From Zygophlyctis sp. KS116 (taxonomy: Eukaryota; Fungi; Chytridiomycota): a stretch of DNA of 27,223 nt. The translations under genes and the position numbers were made by a program. The notes below the pieces were generated by a model. The model had not been told where the DNA came from, made no database searches, and saw only the letters and a program-made list of their open reading frames with translations. Positions 13,301 through 23,537 of the stretch are shown here, piece by piece (positions within the stretch are counted from its first letter, which is position 1; every line of letters begins with the position of its first letter). The DNA is taken from NCBI GenBank assembly GCA_054661495.1, contig BAAFSQ010000134.1:1-27223 (forward strand), in the 5' to 3' direction.

Positions 13301-16300
13301 TTAAGTCATATAATACCCAGCTTATTGCACTGCGTGGATTTTATCTTAAACAGCTCTACTAAGTCACTTGGGTTTGCGTATGTTCAAGCGTCTTTAGCAC
13401 AGCTTGATATGTGTCTAATGCAACTGCCGCTAGATCCGTTCGATTATTCTTTGGCAAAAGTAGATATTTTAGAAAAAAGGGAAGAAATTATTACTGCAAA
13501 AGTTATAGTTGAATTAGAGATGAACGTTTGGAAATACGGAAGGTCTCAAGATCTGAAGAGGTTGCTGAATGAACGATTGCAACTGCGAAACAAAATTGAA
13601 AGTAAATCCCAAAAAAAAGTCCTAAGGCCAAGTCAGTCTGAAATAGATGATATTCTGCAAGATTTTAGAAATCTTAGACAACTAGTTCTTTCTAATCAAG
13701 ACATATACATGCTTATATTTAAGGAAGAAGATGCCATAACTCATGTTAAGTACATGGACCAATCTCTAACATCGGTCATTAATCGCTTAAATGATAGATA
13801 TCAATTGTATCAAGATATTATTTTGCCTGTCTCAGAAGCGGTTTACAGCCTGAAATGTGGATTGTTCTTAATGATCAAGGATGATTTAATGATTTCGCAG
13901 TCATCAGAAAAACTCTTGACATATTTACATAAATTTATAGGTTTTGGTGAATACGAACCGTTCTGTCAACTACTCAGCGAAGTATCTTATTCGAGCCAAT
14001 TTTCCAAGGAAAATCAGCTGGAGCGTCATATATTCAGCTTGGTCATGACCTCACTCTATCATTCTGGTAGCTTCACTTATGGATCCCACGCAATGAATAC
14101 TATTCTTGGATATTTATCGAGTATCGCCGTCGCGTGGAAGGCGGATAATGAGCGAAATTCTGATCAACAGCGCCAAAAGGAGGATTTATATAAATATAAA
14201 GCTGAAGCTTATGAGTACGACGTTCCAGACTCGGATGATCAGAATGTTGCAGTCTACTTTCCAGATTTTTATTCGGCTTTTGAAGAAGATTCATCCCAGA
14301 CGGAATATATAGATGATTGCGTATTTGGCGATTCCATGATCCAGAATATTTTAAATGCCCATGAATTGGCCTTTTCTGATAGTACAAAAGCTTTTCGTAA
14401 AGTATTTGAAGAAAATTGGGCCAGGAATTTCCGAAAAGGATATAAAATTGGAGCAGTAATATTATCAAGCTCTGAAAAGCATTACCCAGTAGAAGTGGAT
14501 TATTTTTCGCAAACAGGCTCCCGATTTATCACTTCTTATTATTCCAAAAATGCCTTTTCGGAAGCATTGTATGATTTTTACTCTATGCCTGATGTTGAAG
14601 AAGCAAATTTGGTCATTGCAAGTGTAACTAGGTTTGCCAGTAGAATATCGATGCTTCTTTTAGAGTGGCCGGAACACAATGTTTTACAATGTTTAAAGGT
14701 TCTCTGTGATAAAATATTCAACCTTCCGATTAAAACTCCAATAATGAAACTATTAAATGGAATTGAAATGCTTTTGCAGAAATCACAAGATTGGGAATCG
14801 TATGCCCACAAAAATAATTCCTTATCAGTGGAGCTGGCTGATATATCTTCTTCTATAGTTCGACTTCGAAAGAAAGAGCTGTCTTCTTGGAAGGACCTTT
14901 TCGCATTGGAAAGAAGAAAATGTGCAATAAATGCAGGAAAACTTTGGATAAATTTATGGGATATGATCATAATTCCACTCCTGAATCCTATGACAAATGT
15001 AATTTCTTTTACTTAATTTTATCTAGGAACAAAAAATTGATTTTCTAAGTCAATTAAGGGATTTACTAGATGAATTTATGATGAACTCTTCTTTAGGAGA
15101 ATTCCCTGCAAGATTAAAGCTGCTTGAAAACTTTACCAGACAAATGCAGTGCATGATAGATTCGCAATTTGATTTCGCTAATGGCCCTCCCTCTGAGCTA
15201 ATGAATATTCTGAAAAATACCGTCTCATTCTTCTCTTCTTTTGAACGGCTACTCGATGAATTTTTGGGTTCTCAAGAGAAGCCATTAGTTAAGGAGCTAA
15301 ATGATTTTATGAAAATTTCTAGCTGGAAGGATGTAAATGCATATGCATTGAAGGAAAGTGCTAAAAGATCCCACTACCAACTGCTGAAATTTATTAAAAA
15401 ATACGGAGCTGTGCTGGACACTCCGGCTAGACAGATTATCACAACTATGCTGGATAAAAACGATTTAAAAACGATTCAAATCCAATTTCAGGGAAAGAAC
15501 CCACTTCCTCCCAAGATCGAAAAGTTAAATATTGTATCTGCCGATCATTCCCTGGAAGTTTCATCTAAGAGAAAGCAGAAAGTACATTCTATTCTCAGAA
15601 AAATAACAGATATCTCGGATAAACTAATGTCAAAATCCGGCTTGAACACGTCAGCTCTCCGATTTGATGATTTAACGCGAACGCTGTTAGAAGATGTTAA
15701 TCAATTTAAAATCGAGAGCCTTAATATTAAACCTGGATCTAAAGATGCCTCTTTTGAAAAATCTATTAGAAAAAAAGCCTTGTCGGATTGGATTAAAGAA
15801 CTTTCGAAACTGGGAATTTCTAAAAGACCTTCAGTAGAAAATCAAAAAATTAATGATATGCTTTTCTTGTTTTCTCAACCTCATTTGGGAACTTTTAACA
15901 CATCATATTTACCAGAACATACACAATCTTTACTTGAAAAGGTTGATAGAAATTTCTATAGAATACTTGCAAAAAAATCTAAAATTCCCGACTCAATCAT
16001 CAAGAACAATGGGGATTTATCTGAAAGAGAAATATCTTCTTGTTTAAGTTTCTTGGATCATCTATTATATGGGATTGTTCGTCTTCGTAGCTATGTATCT
16101 TCCCATGCACAAGCGCTTGAAAAAATCAGCATGCTGACGGCGCAGCTTGGTACTCTATCTACTGCATCTGCGGCTGCTGTTACCAAAGCTACGATGGATG
16201 ATATTTTTTATCTGATATCTAATGTATCTAAATCTCTCAAAATCATTCTTCAAGCCAAAGTCTTCTTTCAGTACTGCAAAGACTCTACATCTATAGACTG

Positions 16301-19300
16301 GGATGGGAAACTTCAAGAATTATCCGAAATTATTGAAAAGTTTTATCAAAAGCTACAAAATGAATATCCTCATCAAATAATTTGCTCGAAATCATTATTT
16401 ATTTCTCCAGCAAATTATGATAATCTCAACTTAGAGTTCAAAGCTATCCTTGAAAATGTAATTGCTGTTTTATCAGAAAAAGATTCAAGTCCTCATTCCA
16501 TTCAAGAAACATTAAAGGCACTGTTGGAAATAAAAGAGACAATAGTCAAAGGAGATAACAGCACCCCGTTGACCATTCGATCTGATGCTACTTACGCTGA
16601 CGAAATAATTGATCAAATTCTTCTCAGTTTTCAAAATATTCTCAAGTTCTCGGATAATTTAATGGATGATTCTGAATTGGATAACTATGGGATGTATGCG
16701 AAAGAGTTTACTGCCGGATTATACACCGCCGAAAAATATGCAGATACTGAAAATCTTCTTGGTATTTTGTCTATCGCAGAAAAGACCATCCAGGAGTCTA
16801 AAGAGAATGATCTTTTAATGGCATTGCCCTTTTTAGAACGCCTACGTAACGCATCTTACACAAAAATAACGGACATGCTCTTTTTCACGCAAAAAATATC
16901 CAAATTGGCATTTGTCGGAGCTTGTATCTTTGATACAATACTTAAGGATGGATTTTGTGTTCCCGAAGGTGAATCTAAATCACAAGAAGATGCAGGCGAA
17001 AAGGAAGTTTCTGGGGCTGGGCTTGGCGAAGGAAACGGCGAACAGGATATCAGTAAAGATATAGAAAATGAAGGAGAAATAGAAGAACTTAAATCCGACG
17101 AAAACAATGCAGCAAATGAATTAGATCAAAAAAGGGAGAAAAATGATGATGCTATTGAAGCCAAAGATGACTTCGATGGGGCATTGGAGGATTTAGACGA
17201 CGCCGAATCTGCAGAGGAGGATGATGAAAATGGCGAAGACGTCGAAAAAGAATTGGATGAACAAATGGGTGATCTAGATGAGAATGCTGATGTCGTGGAT
17301 GAGAAGATGTGGAATGAAGAAGAAATGGAAAGTAAAGATGAGAAGATTGAGAAGGATGCGCCTGGTACTGGGTCGGCCGATGAAGAATTGGTGGCTAAGA
17401 TGGATGAACAGAATTTGGATGTATCCAATGAGGCTGAGCAAATAGAAGCCAATGAACAAAACTCAAAGGATGATGCTAAATCAGAAGTCGAGGAAAATCT
17501 TGAAGATAAGCAAGCTGAGGAGAACAGCGGAGTGGAGGCTCGTCCCGATGAGTTCGCCGAGGATGATTCTAAAGATTTGGAAGACACAGAAGATATGCAA
17601 ATCGATAGTGATTTTGATTTAAAGAGTGACATATCAAATGACAAGGAAGAATGCATTGAAACGGAGAGTGTTAACAATGAAAATGGATTAGACCAGGATG
17701 AAACATGTTCAGAAAATCAAAATCTAGAAGGTAAAATAAATGCTTACTAAATAAAAGATACATCGCTAGATATTGATGAAGCGAATGCAGATGATATCGC
17801 GGATGATAAAGAGGATCCTGAAGATTATAATGAACTTAGCAAAGAACAAGATACCGATGATTCTCCACCAATTGACAATAATACTGATATTCAAGATAGA
17901 AATCAATTTGGAACTCTAGGCAGTAATGCTCAGATTGATTACAATGAAGATGAGGCCATGGAAATGGTAGATTCTCTCTTTGACAAACAAAATGCAGAGA
18001 GTGCATTGGACGATAATGGTGATCAACAAAATTCTGGGGAGAAATCTTCAGATGCAAAGCTTTCTAAGGATTCAGAATTAAATGAGAAAGAGCCAAATCC
18101 ACGTCGAAGTTTGGGTGAAGCGATTAAATCATGGATGAAACGATTGCAAAACATATCTAACCCATCTTCAGAGCCTCAAACTGATAAAGAGAATAATCAA
18201 CAGACATTTGATGAAACTCGAGAGTATGAATTTGTGGAGTCGGATGAGTTAGCTGCGGACACAGAGGCTTTGGACATTGCAACTCAAGAACAACTAGATG
18301 CGGTCGATGGGAAAGCGATTGCAGATTTAGAAACACAGCAAACTTATTCACAGCTTCCAAAGCAAGAGGACAAAAAATCAGAGGAAGATCCCAAAAACAA
18401 ATCTGAAAGTATAAGAAATGAAACCGATGGTTTGAATTGTTCTGACGAGCTGAATGATTCCCAAGAGGAAATTAAAAATATTGAAAAAGAACATGGGGAA
18501 AATATAGAAGGAATGGATGGATTGATATTGAACACAATAGAAATTGACCCCAAAAAGTTGGAAGAGGAATTTGGCGAAGATATTGAATCTGATCCACAAA
18601 CATATGAAGAGTTACGTCGAGAACTAGAAATGCAAGTTTTGGATTGGCGTAAAAGAGGTCAAGACCTTACAAACGCACAAAGAATATGGAAAGAGTGCTT
18701 AGTATTGACAAGAAACTTATCTTATAGCCTTTGCGAGAAGTTGCGTCTCATATTAGAACCAACTCTCTCGGCAAAACTGAAAGGTGACTATAGAACCGGA
18801 AAAAGACTGAATATGCGAAAGATCATTCCTTATATTGCCAGTCAGTTCAAGAAGGACAAAATCTGGCTTCGACGCACACAGCCATCCAAACGAACCTATC
18901 AAATTATGATTGCTGTCGACGATTCAAAATCAATGGAAGAATCTCAAAGTATTCAGCTTGCTTATGAATCTTTAGCTATGATAACTAGCAGTCTGTCACA
19001 ACTTGAAGCTGGCGATCTTTGCATTTTGAGCTTTGGAGAAAGCATCAAATTATTACACCCATTCCATCTTCCTTTTTCTGAAGAAGCCGGTGCTCAGGTG
19101 ATTCAGAAATTTGGCTTTGATCAAGACCGTACAAATGTCAAGTCACTAATTTCAAACTCATTCTCAATTCTTGAAGAAGCAAGAAGATTTGCTGAGTATT
19201 CCCCAAATCAATCAGATTTATGGCAACTTGAATTAATAATTTCAGATGGCATATGTGAAGATCATGGTCAAATTAGAGCGCTCGTAAGGAAAGCAGCGGA

Positions 19301-19541
19301 AAACCGAATCATGATGGTCTTTCTTATTCTTGATAATCGTCCAGGCACTACATCTATAACAAAGTTAACTAATGTAACCTACAAAAATGATCCTCTAACT
19401 CAAAAATTAGCTCTTCAAATGACTCAATACATGGACACATTTCCCTTTGATTATTTTGTCTTGGTAAAGGACATCAAAATGCTTCCTCAAATCCTGTCTG
19501 ATACTCTCTGCCAGTACTTTATGTTTACGGCAAGCGTTTAA
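4322..19541 (+). CDS. MDN1: Midasin (MDN1/Rea1) AAA-ATPase for 60S ribosome maturation, ~4961 aa, 11 exons
   Basis: Exons 4322-4507, 4597-4841, 4868-5166, 5191-7526, 7553-12185, 12217-12356, 12388-12929, 12956-13103, 13130-14998, 15027-17730, 17758-19541. Introns of 89, 26, 24, 26, 31, 31, 26, 26, 28 and 27 nt. The spliced length is 14886 nt with an open frame. Six Walker A motifs (GPSGSGKT, GETGTGKT, GPTSVGKT, GETGCGKT, GSPGVGKT, GPTGSGKT), a long linker, a D/E-rich region and a C-terminal MIDAS/vWA domain (KLKGDYRTGKRLNMRKIIPYIAS, IAVDDSKSM, IISDG). Intron 1 is the least certain part. Confidence 0.96.
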
Positions 19542-19645
19542 ATACAATGTTGCATCATTTTGGATATTCTTGTTTTACAAGTTATGACAGACACGCCTCC
19601 GCCACGATAACCACCCATTTTATCAACATACTTTGAGTTCAATTG

Positions 19646-20746
19646 ATGAAAGTCAAGTCTAGCTTCCAATCATCAATACCTAATATGACTCTTAAGAGCG
19701 AATCGACTGATGCATTCGAAGAAGATGCTTCTTTAAGCGATGAACATTATTTTGAGCAGTTTCTGCTTCAAAGAAATCTAAAGCTGTTTAAACTTAAGCC
19801 AGGATCATCTTTATATAATGCATTGGCGGATCAATTATACTGTAATGAGGAATTGGATGATCGAGTAAAACAGGAATGTCTTGTCTATTGGGTAAACTAT
19901 AAGATGTATTAAGAAATTAGCAAAATCATGCACAAAAATTTGGTCCGATCTCTCCACAATTATCGGACAATGATTATTCAGTTATTTTTTCTTTAGTTGC
20001 AGATCTTTATAATCGAAAGGTGCTAGTATTTAGCACAAACAGAGGTAATCTCAACTCCATCTTATTGTCAGAAGTGATTGAATTTAGTCCAACTCAAAAC
20101 CAAATTGACGAATCAATAATAATCAGTCAACATTCTAGTAATGAGTTTCATTCAATTATAAAAAAGATGAATCATGGTCCTAGAAAAGTTCGAGTAAGTT
20201 GAACAATGTTAATTTGTAGTTGAGTAATCAAATTAATCATGCTGTTAGCGACGTTGAAACCAAGATTGATACTGTAACACTTTTTTATTCTGAAATTAGG
20301 AAATTCGAGATGCATTTGAGCAAGGACTAATGATTAATGATCGACTAGAAAGTTATAATTCATCAGCAGAATTTGAATCGGTTCGACCACATGATGAAAT
20401 TGATATCAACTTTTCTGATGGATTACCAATGAATGTCCAGCTAACTTTTCAAGACGCATCTACAGAAGATCTTCTTAATCTTACTGATGCAGTTGAAAAC
20501 GACGATCAATCATCAATGAGCTCAGTGTCACCTGGAACATTTGGATTAATAGCAAAAGTTGCCCGAACAAATTACCATTCTCCTGCAATGTTAAGAAAGT
20601 ATAATCCTTCAAAACAAAGCCAATTAGCTCGTGCCGGATCATGCATGGGAGCATCAGAATTGGACTCAAGTTCTTCAAAAGAAGATTTTTCAACTGATTT
20701 CTCAACTGAAGTCACTGAGCCATATTATAGTGAACTACATGGATGA
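19646..20746 (+). CDS. OTU-domain protein with degenerate catalytic motifs (probable pseudo-deubiquitinase), ~339 aa, 4 exons
   Basis: Exons 19646-19891, 19921-20193, 20220-20273, 20300-20746, with introns of 29, 26 and 26 nt. LKLFKLKPGSSLYNALADQLYCNEELDDRVKQECLVYW|QNHAQKF ... ADLYNRKVLVF ... IIISQHSSNEFHSI follows the OTU pattern (DGNCLFRALADQLY...ELYNRPI.V...HYNSV). The C-terminal half is Ser/Asp/Glu-rich and low complexity. Confidence 0.65.
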
Positions 20747-20995
20747 AATAAATTTATTTTAAAACAATGGAAATGTGTTTATAAATCAAAAGTGTAAAAT
20801 CATGAGAATTTACACATCTGCATTATAGAGATTAGTCTATGTAAACCGTTTACCGATAATTCTAGTCAGAACGTCGGAGATAAAATTTACAAAAAATACA
20901 GGGGACCCTAGGCACTTTCAAGAGAAAAAACTGTAGTCTGGACCCAACTCTAAACAGTAAATGTCAAGGTCAAAAAATATTTCAATATTTAGGAC

Positions 20996-21454
20996 TTAGA
21001 CTAGTACTAAAAGAAACAAACCACAAAGTAATGGGGCCCTAAATCTAAACACAGCAGAGGCACCATTGGTCTGCGAGGGGGATGGAACAGACGCAGATGC
21101 AGAAGATCTAGTAGGAGAAGTTGGAGTTGTCCCGTGCATATGATCCGGCATTCCACAGTGCATAATAACTCCAGCAAAGTCATCGGCCAATTTTTTAAAA
21201 GTAGGACAATTTGATGTATCCAAACATTCAATCACTGATGGTAACTTTCCACAAGCACAATCCATCCATTTATCATCCTTTGGCATCATATGTCCCATTG
21301 CCTGATTTAGAGAAAGAGAAGCAGGACCACATTGGGAAACAGATTGGATTTCTTCCAATTGATTGAAACATTCAACATTCTTTGAGGTTAAACAAGGATC
21401 ATTGGTTTGAGCAGAAACAATTCCAATTGCTAAAAGTGCCAAAAGACTAAACAT
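20996..21454 (-). CDS. Small secreted, probably GPI-anchored 8-cysteine (CFEM-like) protein, 152 aa, intronless
   Basis: Signal peptide MFSLLALLAIGIVSA, eight Cys including CxC, an S/T/P-rich stalk, a putative omega site near TNGA and a hydrophobic C-terminus (LLCGLFLLVLV). Confidence 0.8.
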   Translation of the reverse strand: MFSLLALLAIGIVSAQTNDPCLTSKNVECFNQLEEIQSVSQCGPASLSLNQAMGHMMPKDDKWMDCACGKLPSVIECLDTSNCPTFKKLADDFAGVIMHCGMPDHMHGTTPTSPTRSSASASVPSPSQTNGASAVFRFRAPLLCGLFLLVLV

Positions 21455-21567
21455 TTTTTCAAGTCCTTAAAATAGCAAAGCCACAGAAATAGATTTTCTT
21501 AACCAAATTTAACTCTGGCGATCTAATAATACATTATTAGATTTAGTAAATATTTAAAAAATCAACA

Positions 21568-22401
21568 ATGTCGAATAACAATGATACTCTTATAATCGAT
21601 GAATCGGATACCGGTATTAGTCCGAAACAAGATGCAATCGTTAATGATAGTCTTAAAGTACAAGATACATTACATGAATCTATAAATTATACAACTGATC
21701 AGAAGGACTTTGAATCTCAATCGCTAAAAAAGAAGAAATATTTTGGTTGTTATTCATCAAAAAGATCATGCAGGAAATGGTCACTTATAATTGGGTTAAG
21801 TTGTGCATTTCTCCTTGGTCTTATCATATTTTTGGTTTGGCCAAGAGCTCCAATATTTCAATTGTTGCCAATTCCAACAGAAGGACAAGAAATTCGGTTT
21901 AATCAAGAAGGAGATGTTGTAGATAATCTTCAATCAGCAAGTGCGTCGAATCCCTTTGGTGTTTGGGCCAGTTTTAGAGCTCCGGTTTCTGTACAGAGTG
22001 ATAATTATATCAGCTTTGAAATGAGAACTGGAGAAATGCAGTTAAGTGTAAATAGTCCATCGGGACCATTAACTCAGTTTGTCCTAAATGGAATACTTCC
22101 AAATTCAATGATTTATGGTAGAACTAATAATACAATCACTGCTAATGTAACTGTTACTCTAAACTTGGTTCAAGGAGTTAATCCGGAAAATGTTAACAAG
22201 GAATTACAATATCTGGCTTCAGTCTGTACAGGAACTGATAAGTATTTGCAGGTGAATTACAAACTAACTGCCGAAATTCCTTCATTAGCATGGCTTGGAA
22301 TAAGACCAACTGGAAAAGGGATTCTTAATCTACAGTGTCCAGAAATTATCGTACAATTTGGGAAAAATACAACAAAGGCCATTACTAAACCTTCAGATTA
22401 A
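21568..22401 (+). CDS. Type II single-pass membrane protein, LEA_2/NHL-like beta-rich ectodomain, 277 aa, intronless (paralog A)
   Basis: Hydrophilic N-tail, basic/Cys juxtamembrane segment (KKKKYFGCYSSKRSCRK), one TM helix ending in VWPRAP, V.SDNYI motif and two ectodomain Cys (VCTG, LQCP). Confidence 0.7.
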   Translation: MSNNNDTLIIDESDTGISPKQDAIVNDSLKVQDTLHESINYTTDQKDFESQSLKKKKYFGCYSSKRSCRKWSLIIGLSCAFLLGLIIFLVWPRAPIFQLLPIPTEGQEIRFNQEGDVVDNLQSASASNPFGVWASFRAPVSVQSDNYISFEMRTGEMQLSVNSPSGPLTQFVLNGILPNSMIYGRTNNTITANVTVTLNLVQGVNPENVNKELQYLASVCTGTDKYLQVNYKLTAEIPSLAWLGIRPTGKGILNLQCPEIIVQFGKNTTKAITKPSD

Positions 22402-22532
22402 GCTAATTCATAAATGAAATTGTTTTTTATTCGAATTATATATATAATTTTAGTAGAGTGTAATCAAACTGAAAATCAATTTTTGAGGCTGTGAGAGCAA
22501 GATCCAAGGATCTGAGGATTAAGATCAAAAAA

Positions 22533-22553
22533 CGCGAAACGTTTCGGACATCT
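22533..22553. promoter_or_regulatory. CGCGAAA (SCB-like), 12-bp palindrome cgaaacgtttcg and TTTCGGACATCT just before ATG 22557
   Basis: Read directly: CGCGAAA 22533-22539, palindrome 22535-22546, and TTTCGGACATCT 22542-22553, which is identical to 3383-3394. Confidence 0.4.
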
Positions 22554-22556
22554 TCA

Positions 22557-23524
22557 ATGACAGAACAACATATTGATTCAAATAGAAATGATGAGCTTTT
22601 TGAAGCATATAATCCTGATTCTAGGATAGATTTAAATTATATTTGGGAGGCCAATATGTCAAATATATATTCTCCATCAAAGTCAATGCAACAATATGAT
22701 TCAAGCAATGCACTTGTAAAAAATGTAAGCGGTTCTAATCGCTCAAATGAAATGTATCGCTCTGCTGTATTTTCACCAGATGAAGGATTTGTCAAACGTT
22801 CTCGCCCTTACGATCCATCAGATGAATTTTTAACAATGCCAAAACCAGTTTATGCCCCAACAACTTATTGTTGCTGCAAATCTAAAAAACAATGCATTAG
22901 ATTATCTCTAATGATTTTTGCCCTGATGGCTCTATTTTTAGGATTAGTGGGATACTTTTGCTGGCCTAGAATTCCTAAATTTGATGTTTCTGATTCAGCG
23001 ACAGATTTAAAAGGATTACAATTTTCCTCTACAAACTCTAACAATGATCCATTACGGGCGTTACGGAGTGCATCATTTCAAAATCCATTTAAAGCATCAA
23101 TTTCTTTTTCTGTTCCTGTAACTGCCAATTCTTCAAATTACATTGATATTTATGTGGGTTCAATCAATCTATCTATAAAAATCATGACTCCAATGGGAAT
23201 ACAGATTCCATTTTTAAATGGTCAAGGAGAACTAAATAAGATTGTAATCTCTAAACTTGCTAGCACAGTTTTATATTTTGTAATCTCATTATTCTGATTT
23301 ATATTTAGCCAATTACTGTTTTTGCAGTCATCAATTCTCCTGATCAAGTTCGTAATTTGAACATTTGTGGATCATCGTCTGATACGTTGAAAATGATACT
23401 TGATACAAAGTTAACATTACAGCCTTTGGAATTCTTCAATATTTATCCAACATTCACGTCTGAAAAGATTGTTGAATGTCCGAAATCATTTGTTGATATG
23501 GCAGAACTGTTTAGAAAGGTGTAG
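22557..23524 (+). CDS. Type II single-pass membrane protein, LEA_2/NHL-like, ~312 aa, 2 exons (paralog B)
   Basis: Exons 22557-23279 and 23309-23524, with intron 23280-23308 (29 nt). CCCKSKKQC juxtamembrane segment, TM ending CWPRIP, SASFQNPF (compare SASASNPF in paralog A), NSSNYID. Splicing adds a C-terminus with ICGS...VECP that matches the paralog's Cys pair. Confidence 0.72.
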
Positions 23525-23537
23525 GAACCATTGAAAC

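Noticed and set aside
17126-17677. 183-aa Ser-rich minus-strand ORF, and other antisense ORFs in the track
   Set aside because: Shadow of the D/E-rich (GAA/GAT) midasin region or of other real plus-strand exons, with no independent protein features.
787-17757. Stop-codon reassignment (TAA/TAG read-through) at same-frame ORF breaks
   Set aside because: These stops lie inside removable 3n introns, the long exons have no internal stops, and genes terminate with TAA, TAG and TGA.
4322-19541. Tandem AAA modules as a dynein or a MoxR/vWA prokaryotic system
   Set aside because: The domain order (6 AAA, linker, acidic region, MIDAS) and size match ordinary midasin.
19584-19610. Short upstream ORF MTDTPPPR* before the OTU gene
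   Set aside because: Eight codons with no canonical splice link to the gene. It is more likely GC-rich promoter sequence and cannot be supported.
20747-20995. Largest internal intergenic gap as an ncRNA or mobile element
   Set aside because: No tRNA cloverleaf, terminal repeats or snoRNA boxes were recognised. It is consistent with two convergent 3' UTRs.
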